64,000 nucleotides of DNA from Candidatus Moraniibacteriota bacterium (GTDB lineage Bacteria > Patescibacteriota > Minisyncoccia > Moranbacterales > DUUL01): the NCBI GenBank assembly GCA_041583775.1, contig JBFHFF010000001.1, positions 94,676-158,675 on the forward strand. Reading direction: 5' to 3'. Numbering within the stretch: position 1 is the stretch's first letter; each line of letters opens with the position of its first letter. Below are positions 47,116 to 59,000 of the stretch, piece by piece. A program made the position numbers and the translations under genes. The notes below the pieces were generated by a model, which was not told the DNA's origin, searched no databases, and worked only from the letters and a program-made list of their open reading frames with translations.

Positions 47116-47886
47116 TTATTTTTTTTCCTCCATTACTAATTGAGGTTGAGGCTTTCTATTTCTGGTAAATTTAGACACCAAGGACAAAACAGCCAATCCT
47201 GCAACAATAAAAAGTATATAATTTGCGATATTTGGAATGTTGACTTTTTGTTTCAGTAAGAAACAATATATCACCAAAACAGATAAAAGAAATGTTTTAA
47301 TCTTCCCAAAACTATTTGCGGCAGTTGCGAAGCTCAATCCAATTTTACGAACAAAATTAACTGTACTTCGTAGATACTGACCTAAAAAATCTGTTATTAC
47401 ACAAACCAAAACAAGTTGCCAAAGCAAATCACCCTCAAAACCAAAATAAACCAAAGGGATTAACAGCTTAATCTTGTCAAAGAGAGGATCCAGTTTTTTG
47501 CCAAAATCCGTAACTAGTCCAGTTCCTCGAGCCACAATTCCATCTAGTAAATCAGCAAAAATGCCGAAAATAAAGAGGGAAATCCCTATATTTGGATAAT
47601 TATAAAAATACAAAACTATCCCAATAGTAGCAGTTATCCCACCCCAAATAGTGATTGCATTGGGATGTAAAAAAAACTTAAAACGCAAGATTATTTTCTT
47701 AGCTTCCTTCTTATCTTTTTCTATGGCTTTTTTAACCAAAAAAACTAACAACAAAGAAAAACTAACAACAAAAACCACTAATGCAATTTTGTTCATCACT
47801 ACCCTCCTCAAGGCTTTTTTGTTGAAATCAGTTTTTAATAAAAAGAAATAATAAAGTACCCACAATAAGGCTATACCAAAAAACAA
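47116..47886 (-). CDS. CDP-alcohol phosphatidyltransferase family protein (PgsA-like)
   Basis: Motif DLLDGIVARGTGLVTDFGKKLDPLFDK matches D-G-x2-A-R-x8-G-x3-D-x3-D. Multi-TM. The true start may be the internal MNKIALVV. Confidence 0.75.
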   Translation of the reverse strand: MFFGIALLWVLYYFFLLKTDFNKKALRRVVMNKIALVVFVVSFSLLLVFLVKKAIEKDKKEAKKIILRFKFFLHPNAITIWGGITATIGIVLYFYNYPNIGISLFIFGIFADLLDGIVARGTGLVTDFGKKLDPLFDKIKLLIPLVYFGFEGDLLWQLVLVCVITDFLGQYLRSTVNFVRKIGLSFATAANSFGKIKTFLLSVLVIYCFLLKQKVNIPNIANYILFIVAGLAVLSLVSKFTRNRKPQPQLVMEEKK

Positions 47887-47931
47887 GAAACTTCAATAGT
47901 CTCTTGTTTTAATGTCTTATTTTTCAGAAAA

Positions 47932-50184
47932 TTAAACTTTTTCCAATGGGGCGAATCCTTTTGCCAATTTCTTCAAACCTGACTTCGGAAAAACAACACA
48001 AAAAGTTTTTTCATCTTGTGAAACAATAATTCCTTGACCAAATTCTTTATGTCTCACACTTTCTCCATCGCGAAAATCTGATCTATTTTTTTTCTCATTT
48101 TTCTTTTTGGGTTTCAAATCAAAACTTGTTGGCCTTTTTATAAATCCCTTTCTATCTCCAAAATAGTCATCCAATCCTTGTTCTATAACAGATTCACTCC
48201 TAAAAAAATCATCGTCCGCCAAAGCCTCGTCATATCTTTGTTCAAACAATTTGGGTTCAATTTCATCAATAAATCGTGATTTAATTGAAATTTGTGTTGA
48301 CCCATAAATATTTCTTGTCATTGTATACAACAAGTGAGCCTTTTGTTTTGCTCTAGTAATTCCCACATAACAAAGCCTTCTTTCTTCTTCCATTTCGCTC
48401 TCATTCATTGTTGCCCGAGAATGTGGCAGAAGACCTTCTTCCATCCCGACAATAAAAACTGACTCGTATTCAAGACCTTTAGCACTGTGCAATGTCATAA
48501 AAGGAACAACCTCAGTCACACCTAAATCATTGTCTGTTTGAGAAACCAGAGTAACCTCTTCCAAAAAAGCCTCCAATCCATCTTCGTTTTTATCAAATTT
48601 TCTCGCAACAGTTAAAAGTTCCTGCACATTCTCATGACGAACCTGCCCCTCTTCACCTTCTTTCGCTAACATTTTTTCATATCCGCTATCTCGATATATT
48701 TTCTCGATCAGCTGGGTCACTGTTTTGGTTTGCGAATCGATAAGTGACTCTCCCATTAGATTATAAAATTTTTGCAATTCCTTTGCTTTTGAGGGAGGGA
48801 TTCCAAATTCACGAGAATCCTTTGCTTTTACAATTTTCTCAATAGCCAACAATAAATCTCCTCCTAAATCATCGGCAATTTTAATAATTTTTTCAATTGT
48901 CTTGTCACCAATTCCCCTAGCAGGAACATTTATAATTCTTTCGAAGCCGATTTTATTACTTGTATTATGTACAAAAAAAAGATAGGCCAAAATATCTTTA
49001 ACCTCTTTTCTCTGATAGAATTTCATTCCTCCAATTATTTTATAGGGGATTCCAGCTTTCATAAAAGCTTCCTCCATTGCTCTTGATTGAGCATTTGTTC
49101 GGTATAAAACCGCAAAATCGTCAAATTTAAATTTCATTTCTTTTTTGAGTTTTGTAATTTCTTCTGTTACAAAAATAGCTTCCGTCTTCTCATTTCGAGC
49201 CTCAAAAAGTGTAAGTAAATTTCCACTATCATTTTCCGTCCACATATTTTTTTCCTTTCGGTTAACATTTCTGGAAATCACTTGATGGGCAGCATCTAAA
49301 ATGTTTTGAGTGCTTCGATAGTTTTGTTCCAACAAAACGACTTTTGCGTCTGGATAATCTTTTTCAAAATCCAGAATGTTTTGTACATCAGCACCTCGCC
49401 AACCATAAATTGACTGCCAATCATCTCCTACTACACAAAGGTTTTTATGTTTATCAGCCAACATTCTAAGTAATGTATATTGTGCATGATTAGTATCCTG
49501 ATATTCATCTACCATTATATATCGAAACATTGTTTGATATTTCTCCAAAATGTCTGGATTTTCCTGCATCAATTTTACTGTGAAAAGAATAATATCATCG
49601 AAATCAAGAGCACTTGATTGTTTCAATTCTTTTGCATATTTCAAATAACATTTCGCCACAAGCTCCTCAAAATAGCTTCCCGTTTGCTCTTCAAAACTTT
49701 GCGCATCAATTAATTTATTTTTTGCATTTGAAATAGCACCCAAAACTGCTTTTGGTTTTATTTGATCCTGAGAAATCTGCAATTCTCTCATCACTCTTTT
49801 CATCAATGCCAATTGATCCTGGTCGTCATATATCACAAACTTAGACTCAAATCCAAGCCTTTCAATTTCACGACGCAAAATCCTAACACAAATCGAATGG
49901 AAAGTTCCTACATGCGGAACATCCGAAGAAAAAATTGTAGTCTCAGGAGGTAGTCTCAAGAGCTCTTTAACTCTCTCTAGCATTTCACCTGCTGCTTTAT
50001 TAGTAAAAGTAACGGCTAAAACATTTTTGGGGTGTATTCCTTTTTCCAAAATTAGATATGCTACCCTGAATGTTAGTGCTCGTGTTTTTCCTGAGCCTGC
50101 ACCAGCGAGAATCAAAACAGGACCTTCTGTCTGAAGAACTGCTTCTTTTTGTCTATCATTTAAACTATCAATTAATTTTGACAT
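47932..50184 (-). CDS. pcrA: ATP-dependent DNA helicase PcrA/UvrD
   Basis: LNDRQKEAV, Walker A AGAGSGKT, DEYQDTN Walker B and UvrD motifs III-VI. 750 aa. Confidence 0.9.
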   Translation of the reverse strand: MSKLIDSLNDRQKEAVLQTEGPVLILAGAGSGKTRALTFRVAYLILEKGIHPKNVLAVTFTNKAAGEMLERVKELLRLPPETTIFSSDVPHVGTFHSICVRILRREIERLGFESKFVIYDDQDQLALMKRVMRELQISQDQIKPKAVLGAISNAKNKLIDAQSFEEQTGSYFEELVAKCYLKYAKELKQSSALDFDDIILFTVKLMQENPDILEKYQTMFRYIMVDEYQDTNHAQYTLLRMLADKHKNLCVVGDDWQSIYGWRGADVQNILDFEKDYPDAKVVLLEQNYRSTQNILDAAHQVISRNVNRKEKNMWTENDSGNLLTLFEARNEKTEAIFVTEEITKLKKEMKFKFDDFAVLYRTNAQSRAMEEAFMKAGIPYKIIGGMKFYQRKEVKDILAYLFFVHNTSNKIGFERIINVPARGIGDKTIEKIIKIADDLGGDLLLAIEKIVKAKDSREFGIPPSKAKELQKFYNLMGESLIDSQTKTVTQLIEKIYRDSGYEKMLAKEGEEGQVRHENVQELLTVARKFDKNEDGLEAFLEEVTLVSQTDNDLGVTEVVPFMTLHSAKGLEYESVFIVGMEEGLLPHSRATMNESEMEEERRLCYVGITRAKQKAHLLYTMTRNIYGSTQISIKSRFIDEIEPKLFEQRYDEALADDDFFRSESVIEQGLDDYFGDRKGFIKRPTSFDLKPKKKNEKKNRSDFRDGESVRHKEFGQGIIVSQDEKTFCVVFPKSGLKKLAKGFAPLEKV

Positions 50185-50331
50185 TTATCTTTATTTTTAA
50201 TTTCAACTTATTTTTTTCACTATACCATAGTAACTCAATCTCTTATTTTTGTCACAAAGAAAAAAACTTTCAATTCTGTTTGCTTTTTTGTATAATAAAC
50301 ACGCAGCAATTAATTTATTTAAAAATAAAAA

Positions 50332-50517
50332 ATGAAAATTATAGTAGACCAAGATTTATGTATTGGTTGCCAAACTTGTGTTGCGATCTGTCCTGAATCT
50401 TTCCAAATAAATGACGATGAAAAATCTTCTCCAATTTCAGAAGAAGAATTTCCTTGCACAATGAAGGCTGTGGCTGATTGTCCTGTTGGAGCAATTTCAG
50501 TTGTACAAGACAAATAA
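50332..50517 (+). CDS. Small single-cluster ferredoxin (4Fe-4S/3Fe-4S type)
   Basis: CIGCQTCVAICP cluster motif plus the distal CP (ADCPVGAI). 61 aa. Confidence 0.75.
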   Translation: MKIIVDQDLCIGCQTCVAICPESFQINDDEKSSPISEEEFPCTMKAVADCPVGAISVVQDK

Positions 50518-50649
50518 TAGTTTTTAGCAAAAATAAAAAGTGCCCAAATTTTTCGAAAAATGGTCACTTTTTTGATTTTAAAGTTTTAATCTTGTTAAAT
50601 AAATATATTATGTTATAAAAGAAGGGTTATTAAAATGTAATTTTTTGTT

Positions 50650-50850
50650 ATGCAAAAAGAAGCCGAACTTTTAGAAATAATAAACAAGTCAGATTTATCC
50701 CAGGAACAAAAAAATCTTTGGGGCAATGCAGTTAGTGAAGTTGATGATGAAACTGCAACACTTCTAATCGAAGCTATTAATGCAGATGAAAAGGCTTTGG
50801 AGGTTTTAACTTTCAATCTAGAAGGAAAATACGAGGAACTTTCTGAGTAG
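50650..50850 (+). CDS. Small acidic hypothetical protein (66 aa)
   Basis: ORF followed by a strong terminator at 50884-50919 (11-bp stem ccccccatacc/ggtatgggggg + T5). No motif. Confidence 0.35.
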   Translation: MQKEAELLEIINKSDLSQEQKNLWGNAVSEVDDETATLLIEAINADEKALEVLTFNLEGKYEELSE

Positions 50851-50944
50851 ACTTTTACAATCTCTGTCATTTTTCAAACTTAACCCCCCATACCTTAGAT
50901 TCAGGTATGGGGGGTTTTTCTTTTTATGTTATGTGTGTTTTTTC

Positions 50945-52000
50945 CTAAAAAACATCGCTCTTTCCTTCAAAATACACTTTCGGATCCCCTTTTTTTCTTA
51001 TTATCTCCCCAATCTTAATTACACCGGGCTGTTTAATTTCATCTCCAGAAATAAGCAAGAAGCCAATCCCATAATTCGTTGCTTTAAGCATCTCCATTGT
51101 TGAGACACCCCCTAACTTTTGAACAAGTTCGAAAATTGAATGAGGATCCCATGTCCGCATATCAATTTTCATAGCAGTGTTTTTCGGCAAGACGCGGATT
51201 GGATTTTCAACTAATCCGCCCCCGGTGATATTTACCATTCCGGTGATATTGAATTTAGACATCAGCGTCTTGACCTCCTTCACATATATTTCTGTGGGAG
51301 TGAGGAGTTCTTCACCAAGTGTACATCCCAACTCTGAGTAATATTCCTCAAGTGCTTTTTTAGAAAATTTAGGAGTTTCCAAGAAAACTTTAAAAATTTT
51401 TCTTACCAAACTGAAACCATTCGAATGTAGTCCCGAAGACGGAAGACCATATACATTCATTCCCTCTACAATTCCATTGCCCATAACTAATTGTCTTCGG
51501 GATTCAGCAAACCCAACAGCAAAACCAGCAAGGTCATAGCAGTCAATTTCGTACAAACTTGGGCACTCTGCCATTTCACCACCGACGAGAGCATAGCCAC
51601 CAGATAATTTACAGCCTTCAATTATCCCTTTAACAATTTCTTCACTTTTTTTAGGCGTTTGTTTCCCTTGAACAATATAGTCAAGGAAGACCCCCGTTGT
51701 TATGCCACCAGTCAACAAGTCGTTAACACACATGGCTACCAAATCTATTCCGACCGTTTCATGCTTATTTAAAAGAATGGCAAGGACTAATTTAGTCCCA
51801 ACGCCATCGGTTGTTGTTGCCACGATTTGTCCACTTGGTAATTCCACCAAGGAACTAAAACCACCCAAGGTGCTTATTACCTCACCAGTTGAAAGTAAAG
51901 GATATGTTTTTTTAACTTCAGCTGCAATAAGTTCAACTGCCTTATTTCCGGCATCAGTATCGACACCGGCCCCTTTGTAAGTCTCTTTTGCTTTTTTCAT
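50945..52000 (-). CDS. purM: Phosphoribosylformylglycinamidine cyclo-ligase (AIR synthetase)
   Basis: YKGAGVDTDAGN, TTDGVGTKL and GIDLVAMCVNDLLTGG PurM motifs. 351 aa. Confidence 0.8.
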   Translation of the reverse strand: MKKAKETYKGAGVDTDAGNKAVELIAAEVKKTYPLLSTGEVISTLGGFSSLVELPSGQIVATTTDGVGTKLVLAILLNKHETVGIDLVAMCVNDLLTGGITTGVFLDYIVQGKQTPKKSEEIVKGIIEGCKLSGGYALVGGEMAECPSLYEIDCYDLAGFAVGFAESRRQLVMGNGIVEGMNVYGLPSSGLHSNGFSLVRKIFKVFLETPKFSKKALEEYYSELGCTLGEELLTPTEIYVKEVKTLMSKFNITGMVNITGGGLVENPIRVLPKNTAMKIDMRTWDPHSIFELVQKLGGVSTMEMLKATNYGIGFLLISGDEIKQPGVIKIGEIIRKKGDPKVYFEGKSDVF

Positions 52001-52304
52001 TGTTTCTTCCCTTGTTTTTTACACTTCAAAATGAAATGTATTTTGATTTAGGAGTCTTTAAAAAAATACTCCTGAATGGAAACTACCAACTACTTTTTGC
52101 TGCCTTTTGAAAGTACTAAAGACTTAAAAGTCTTCCAATTAATATCCCATATTTGATTTTTAAAAGCAAGTTTTTTAAAATTTTTTTCTTTCTCGTGAAA
52201 AAAAAGTAATTGTGTTATTATTAATACATTCATAAAAAAATAATAAAAAAACTTACGCCTCTTAATATAATTTTTTCATTTAAACGGCGTAACTATTCCT
52301 GCCT

Positions 52305-53957
52305 ATGGAAAAAACACAAACTACTGCCTATTTTTCAATGGAAATCGCTCTTCAAGATGAAATACCTAACTATGCTGGTGGTCTTGGCATTCTTGCTGGT
52401 GATACTCTACACTCCTGTGCCGACCTTGGCAGTGATGTTGTGGGCGTTTCATTGATTTATCACCAAGGTGATACCGAAGAAAACAGATTTAAAGCTGAGC
52501 AATTTTTAACCTTGCACGATGAAACTATTGAGATAGAAATCGAGGGCAGAAATATCAAAATTATGATCTGGGAGTTTGATCTAAAAGGTAAAAATGACAA
52601 ATCTATTCCAATCATCTTCCTTAGTAGTGACCATCCCGATAACAAGCGCTGGGATAGAGACCTCACAAAATATCTTTATGCTGCTGATCGCTACACACGA
52701 CTCGGCCAAGAAATGATTTTGGGAATTGCAGGAGTTCGTGCTTTGGAAATTTTGGGTTACAATAACCTCAACACCTACCATATGAATGAGGGTCATTCAG
52801 CTTTTTTAACATTAGAGCTTTTAAGGAAATACGAATTCGATGCAGAGAAAGTCAAATCACTTTGCACTTTTACAACTCACACTCCCGTCCCTGCAGGCCA
52901 TGACCACTTTGAGTATAATTTGGCCTATAGCACAATGAACAAAATGATGCCTCTTGATATAAAAGAATACGCAACATATGAAGATTTAAGCACAACAGAC
53001 CTGGCTCTTAATTTAAGTAGAGTCTCTAACAGTGTTTCTGCAAAACATCGTGAAGTCTGTGAAGGGATGTTCCCTCGACATAATTTTGAAAATGTAACTA
53101 ACGGCATATACCATCCTCGTTGGGTTGGAAAAGAAATTAAAGAATTACTCGACGAAACATTCCCTGGCTGGGAAGAACAACCGGAATTGCTAAAAAATGC
53201 TGTAACAAAAATTAATTCAGAAAAATTAGTCGAGGCAAACAAAAAACAAAAACGCGAATTAGTAGATTGGCTTAATAGCAGAAAAGAACTTTTCCCATTT
53301 GAAACAATCCAAGATGATGATTACTTCGGTGTCAAAACATTAACAATTGGTTTCGCTCGGCGTTATGTTCCTTATAAAAGACATACTTTAATTTTCAAAG
53401 ACATGGAGCGTCTTCGAAATATGGGTTATCGAAAAATTCAACTTATTTTTGCTGGAAATTGTCACGAAGGCGATTCATTTTGCAACCAAATAAAACAAGA
53501 AGTTGAAAGGTATAGTAATATGCTTCGTGGGCAAATTAGAGTAGCTATTTTAACAGAATACAATATTGAGGTTGCCAAAAAATTAATCTCTGGTTGTGAT
53601 GTTTGGTTAAACAACCCTATCCCCCCGAGAGAAGCGAGTGGCACCAGTGGAATGAAAGCAGCTCTAAATGGTGGCATAAACCTTTCAATTCTAGATGGAT
53701 GGTGGATTGAAGGCTTTAATATGAACAACAATGCTGGTTGGGCTTTTGGAAATGAAGCGTTTGAAGAAGGAGAAAATCAAGACACTCATGATTCAAAAGT
53801 ACTTCTTGAACAATTAACAAATTTGGTTGATTGTTATTACAACCGAAAAGACGAATGGTCCGAAAGAATGAAAAGTGCAATTTCACTTGTTGGATATTTC
53901 AACACTCACCGACTCGTAAACGAATATCAAGAAAAGATCTGGACACCTAAGAGTTAA
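52305..53957 (+). CDS. Alpha-glucan (glycogen/maltodextrin) phosphorylase, GT35 short form
   Basis: N-terminal YFSMEIAL...PNYAGGLGILAGD and the PLP-lysine motif EASGTSGMKAALNGGINLSILDGWW. Terminator at 53974-54003. Confidence 0.85.
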   Translation: MEKTQTTAYFSMEIALQDEIPNYAGGLGILAGDTLHSCADLGSDVVGVSLIYHQGDTEENRFKAEQFLTLHDETIEIEIEGRNIKIMIWEFDLKGKNDKSIPIIFLSSDHPDNKRWDRDLTKYLYAADRYTRLGQEMILGIAGVRALEILGYNNLNTYHMNEGHSAFLTLELLRKYEFDAEKVKSLCTFTTHTPVPAGHDHFEYNLAYSTMNKMMPLDIKEYATYEDLSTTDLALNLSRVSNSVSAKHREVCEGMFPRHNFENVTNGIYHPRWVGKEIKELLDETFPGWEEQPELLKNAVTKINSEKLVEANKKQKRELVDWLNSRKELFPFETIQDDDYFGVKTLTIGFARRYVPYKRHTLIFKDMERLRNMGYRKIQLIFAGNCHEGDSFCNQIKQEVERYSNMLRGQIRVAILTEYNIEVAKKLISGCDVWLNNPIPPREASGTSGMKAALNGGINLSILDGWWIEGFNMNNNAGWAFGNEAFEEGENQDTHDSKVLLEQLTNLVDCYYNRKDEWSERMKSAISLVGYFNTHRLVNEYQEKIWTPKS

Positions 53958-53973
53958 TATTTTTCTTTCAAAA

Positions 53974-54003
53974 AACCACCATTTATTTTGGTGGTTTTTT
54001 TAT
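53974..54003. terminator. Bidirectional intrinsic terminator (aaccacc/ggtggtt)
   Basis: Hairpin flanked by A6 and T8 between convergent genes. Confidence 0.55.
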
Positions 54004-54022
54004 TTAACTTGAAAAATAATTT

Positions 54023-55264
54023 TTACTCATACCTAAGCGCATCAAGAGCATGAATTTTTGCTGCTCGTTGAGCTGGCATAATTCCAGTAACTAGACCAAG
54101 AAAAAGAATAAAAGAAACAATAGCGGCAACAAAATAATAAGGTATATAAACAAAATTGGAAAGCTCAACTCCGTTTTTATGTGCTAAATATACGAGGGCC
54201 TTATTTACTACCATCGCCAACCCATACCCCCCAAACAATCCCAACATTCCGCCTGCCACACTAATTAAAATAGCCTCAAAAATAAACATTTTAAAGATAT
54301 CTTCTCGTTTAGTTCCCAACGCTTTTAGAATACCGACCTCCTTCGTTCTTTGCAAAAGAGAAATACTTAAAGTATTCAACATTCCCATGGCAGAGATAGA
54401 CATTATGATTGTGCCTAACACTATCATAATAACTCTAATTACCACAAAAAAACTATTAATATCTTCGATGATTTCATTGACACTTTCCGTTAAAAATCCA
54501 AGCTGTTGAACTGCGAGTTCAATATTTGCCATTTCATCTACATTTTCAACTAAAATTTTCCCTTTTTGCGCAGAATCAACTCCAAACTCTGAGCTCAGAT
54601 AAGTAAAGGGCACAATAACAATTGAGGCGGATGATTCAGTAATTCCAATAATTTCAACTTCATTACCAGTAACTGTTGTTTCTTCGCTTACCGAAGAAGA
54701 AACCTCTTTTGAAAGAACCACTCCGAGTTTAACTTTTTTGCCTATCAATTCTTTGGGACTTTTAAAACCAAGGATGTTCGCTATTTGCATTGAAGCGATT
54801 ATGCCGTTTTCATTATCAGTGAATTTCCTGTCACCTTCTTCAAAAGATGTTTTTGCTAACTCTAAATAATCCTTATTTTCTCCATATATAACAGCATCAA
54901 TCTGAGAATCATTATATTCGAGTTTACCACCCGTGCTAACCTGTCTTGCCACACCCTTCACTCCTGCTATGTTTTCAATTTTAGTAACAAAATCACTATT
55001 TAGTGTAACAAAATTATCCAAGTTACCGTTATTTATATCCATCACATCGCGCGGGTTGTTTTTTGTCACCTCATCGATTATCATCCCTTGAACACCGAAT
55101 CCTATGCATAACAAAAATGTTATTATACCAATTCCCAAAGAAACTCCTCCTACTGTAAGAAAGGATCTAGTTTTATTTGCACGAAGATTTCTCCATCCAA
55201 GAAAAATAATCATATGCATTTTGATCTTTGAATATTTTTCTTTTTTCCAAAAAGCTAATTTCAT
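54023..55264 (-). CDS. ABC transporter permease, MacB/FtsX-like (N-terminal TM, large periplasmic domain, C-terminal FtsX 3-TM bundle)
   Basis: Topology is TM1, then a periplasmic domain of about 220 aa, then three C-terminal TMs. The start overlaps the stop of the ATPase gene by 4 bp (ATGA). Confidence 0.8.
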   Translation of the reverse strand: MKLAFWKKEKYSKIKMHMIIFLGWRNLRANKTRSFLTVGGVSLGIGIITFLLCIGFGVQGMIIDEVTKNNPRDVMDINNGNLDNFVTLNSDFVTKIENIAGVKGVARQVSTGGKLEYNDSQIDAVIYGENKDYLELAKTSFEEGDRKFTDNENGIIASMQIANILGFKSPKELIGKKVKLGVVLSKEVSSSVSEETTVTGNEVEIIGITESSASIVIVPFTYLSSEFGVDSAQKGKILVENVDEMANIELAVQQLGFLTESVNEIIEDINSFFVVIRVIMIVLGTIIMSISAMGMLNTLSISLLQRTKEVGILKALGTKREDIFKMFIFEAILISVAGGMLGLFGGYGLAMVVNKALVYLAHKNGVELSNFVYIPYYFVAAIVSFILFLGLVTGIMPAQRAAKIHALDALRYE

Positions 55265-56097
55265 TTTTTATTGAGTTTTTTATTTTCCTGCGTAATTATT
55301 TCCGCTACACGACCATCCAACATCTTAAAAACCTTACTTGCATAATGATATTGATCAGGATTGTGTGTAACCATTAGTATTGTTATTTCAAATTTTTTAT
55401 TCAACTGAGAAATAAGATCCATTAATTCAACTCCTGATTTTTGATCAAGATTTCCAGTCGGCTCATCTGCAATAATAAACCAGGGATTGAGGAGAAGTGA
55501 TCTCGCTAAAGCAACTCTCTGTTGTTGACCTCCAGAAAGATCAAAGGGTCTATGTTTTGACCATTCACTCATACCAACAAGCTCCAGCATTTGTGCTGCC
55601 TTTTCAAGCCCTTCATGAAATTTTAAACCACCTATAATTGAAGGAACTGCAACATTCTCCAAAACACTCAATGACTTAAGCCAAAAAGCTTGCTGTGGAA
55701 TAAATCCCACACTTTTATTTCGAAAATCAGCTCTCCAATTTTTCGTATGTTTCCAAATATCGGTACCTTTAATATAAACACTTCCTTGAGATGGTGCCTC
55801 CAAACCATAAACAATGTGTAATAAAGTTGATTTTCCGCACCCAGAAGGACCAACTAGCATCGCAAAATCACCCTGCTTGATTTTAAGGTCTACCCCATTA
55901 AGAACAGAAATTTCATTCTCTCCAATAACAAACTCTTTTTTGATATCACTAACAACAACAACACCTTCTTTTTCAGCGTACAATTCAACTGTTGCTTTAT
56001 CGTTATTACGATGACTTAAGCTTTTCAATATGTCGGCTTCTTCCCTTAAGTCACTTTCTTTTTTTTCTTTAATTATTGCCATAGTTTTGATATCCAA
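55261..56097 (-). CDS. ABC transporter ATP-binding protein (MacB/LolD-type)
   Basis: Walker A VGPSGCGKSTLL, signature LSGGQQQRVALARSL, Walker B FIIADEPTGNLD and H-loop. The start region overlaps the 3' end of the upstream giant gene. Confidence 0.9.
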   Translation of the reverse strand: MDIKTMAIIKEKKESDLREEADILKSLSHRNNDKATVELYAEKEGVVVVSDIKKEFVIGENEISVLNGVDLKIKQGDFAMLVGPSGCGKSTLLHIVYGLEAPSQGSVYIKGTDIWKHTKNWRADFRNKSVGFIPQQAFWLKSLSVLENVAVPSIIGGLKFHEGLEKAAQMLELVGMSEWSKHRPFDLSGGQQQRVALARSLLLNPWFIIADEPTGNLDQKSGVELMDLISQLNKKFEITILMVTHNPDQYHYASKVFKMLDGRVAEIITQENKKLNKK

Positions 56098-59000
56098 CTA
56101 AATTTATCAGCAAAAGTTCCTACAACTATTTCCGTTGCATTTTCTTTTGAATCTTCAACAATGACCGTCACAGCTTTTGTTGAAGTTTCATTTCCTGATT
56201 CATCGAATGTTTTAACGATATAACTATAAACCTGTCCTGGATCAACAGGAATAGTTACTAGATGATATGTATTTAAAGGGTCTTCTGCCGAACTCTGTTC
56301 AAAATTAGCCAACACTATTCCAGGGCTATAAAAAACTTTTGCAGTTGTAATTTCATCTGTTTCGACTTTGATATACAAATTTGCACGAGCATCCTTTCCT
56401 CTTCCAATCACCCTACCAACTGCACGATTAGAAAGAATCCCTGGAGGCCTACTATCAGCCTTGGTAATGATTTTTGTATCTAAAGTTGTTGCAGAAACTC
56501 CATCTTCAGCTGTTCCTCCAACATTGATTTCATATTCAACTGATGGCGCTAACCCCTCTAGTTCAATTGAATGTTCAGTTACATATTCGTTATCCAAAAA
56601 ATTATGAAGGGAAGCCTCACTTGTCATTTTAAAATTAATTAAAGTATTTGTCGGTAAAGTTGTGTTATATTTTACTATCACAGTCGGGATATCAACATTC
56701 TCCTTATTTTCAACAATAAGATCAGAAGAAATTGGTTGCTCTAAAGTTCTGAAATTATATCTATCCGAACTAAACTCATTCAAATCATCATCTATGGCAT
56801 CAATTTGAAAACTATAATCTGTTGTACTATCAAGCCCTGTTAATTTTATCATATGGCTGCTTCCCGAGGAAGTTTCCTCTATTAGCTCAGATAAGCTACC
56901 GCCCTTACCATAATGCAAAGTACATTTCGCACTGGTATTAGTTGTCCAAAAAATTGTTGCTACATCAAGACCTACATCAGACGCCTCGACTTCTGAAATT
57001 GTTGGAGGTGGCAATGTTTCAAAAGTTAAAATGTCACTCATTCCTATATTTCCATCTGGGTCTATGTATTTTGCTCTGTAATAATATTTTGAGCCAGCAT
57101 CCAAACCAGTGAGTTCAACAATATGATCTGTTAGAGAATCAACTTGTCCATTCGTTTTTCCAAGACTCATTGATTTTCCATATTCCACAAAAGAGCTGGC
57201 AAAACGATTAGTTCCCCATTTTATTGTAGCTTCATAAGCCTGAACTGTGTGAGTTGGTTCTGTTACTAATGTAGGAGGAGTTGTGTATCTTCCTGTAGGA
57301 ATTATATTCACTGTAGTTGATGCAATGGAAATATTATTAGTACTATCCTTTGATTTTACATAATAATAATAAGTTCTACTTTCAAGTTCCGTGTCAACAT
57401 AAGCACTTCCAGATGTTGATGCCACTTCTTTAAATGTTTCGTCGTCATCACTTCTGTAGATAATATAACCATCAAAATTGTCTTCATTGATTGAGACGGG
57501 AGGGGACCATTTAAGTGCTATTGAATATTCTTGATTTTCTCTATCAGAAGTATCAAAAATTTGAATATTAACTGGCGCTCCAGGGGCTGATGTGTCAGCT
57601 TCGAAATCTACATAAGCATATAAGTCATAATCAATATTTTCAGCCTCATCCATTGCGCATACATAAAAACGATTCAATCCTTTCTGTGTTGCAAAAGGTC
57701 CAGGACCAGCAGCTCTAACGGCTGTATTTATTATATTATATGCATTTGGTAAAGCGTTAACTGAATATACATATTTTATTTTATTAGCATCTCCCATATA
57801 AGACTCTGGTTGATCCCATTGAAAAGCAAAAGAATTTATTGTTGATGTTTCCGGAGTTACAGTCAAATTCCTCGGCGGAGAAGGAGCACTTGAACTGAAA
57901 TAATATTCCTGATTTATAGCTGCCGAAACATTTCCAGCCGCATCAACAACTCGTAAATGAAACCAATTTTTTCCAGATTGATAAGCAGCAACGGTATGTT
58001 CGTCATTTGGAAGAGTAAGTGTTGTTGCCATCGGATCATCGATGTCATACCAGACATCTTTCTCGTCTCCATCAGTTTGATATTGAAACTTAGCCACGCC
58101 AGAATGTGCATCGGTTACATCTGACTCCCAAGTAAAAGTATAATTGTCACTAGCTGTATAACCAGCTGGGTTAACTAATATATTTGTTGGATTTGTTGGA
58201 GAGGTATTATCGAAACGATAAGTGAAGGCCGCATATGTTGAAGCGGGTACCATTTCAGCATCATCAATCGCCTTAATCCTTAAATAATAATCCTCGCCTG
58301 AACTTAAATTTTCAGCCGTAAATGTATTTTCACTTTGTAAATTTCCTTCCAAATATGGATCTGCCGAACTATCAGTTCCAAAATAAACATAATACCCAAC
58401 AACACCAGAACCACCTGAGCCATCACTTGCACCATTAACCTCTTCGGCAGCCGGCCAAACAAAGTACGGTGCAATATTTCCATACCAAGCATTGCTTGTT
58501 AATATTACCCCCGAAGAACTATTGTTATAACCAACAACTGAAGTAGGATTTGTTGGAGCAATAGAATCTTGATAATAATTAATTTCGATATCTTCTAATA
58601 AAGGAGATTTTATTCTATCAGAAGATGTAAATTCTATCCTAATTTGAATATATCTATTTTCACCAGAAAGAATATTAAAACGATGCTCATTTGGACTAGG
58701 AATTTGTTCGTTTGTAACTCGCTCCCAACTTGACCATTCAACTTCATCACTTGATGTTCTGGTATAAATAACAGCACTTGTATTGTTTGGAAGTATGTAT
58801 CTCGCAGTTAAATTAGCCCACTTATATACATCAATGAGATCAATTGATTCAGAAGTATAGTTTCCTGTTTTTTTAAAACCAGTATCATTTTCGGCTGAGC
58901 CAACCACATAACTATATAAACCATTTCTATATGAATCAGATTCACCTCTTGCCGTCAACCAAATTCTATCATTTGAGAAAACGGCATCTCCTTCTCGATA

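Noticed and set aside
50332-50850. Ferredoxin plus acidic 66-aa partner as a possible redox module
   Set aside because: It is a plain single-cluster ferredoxin followed by an uncharacterised acidic ORF and a terminator. There are no partner oxidoreductase genes nearby, so it is not distinctive enough to report as a system.
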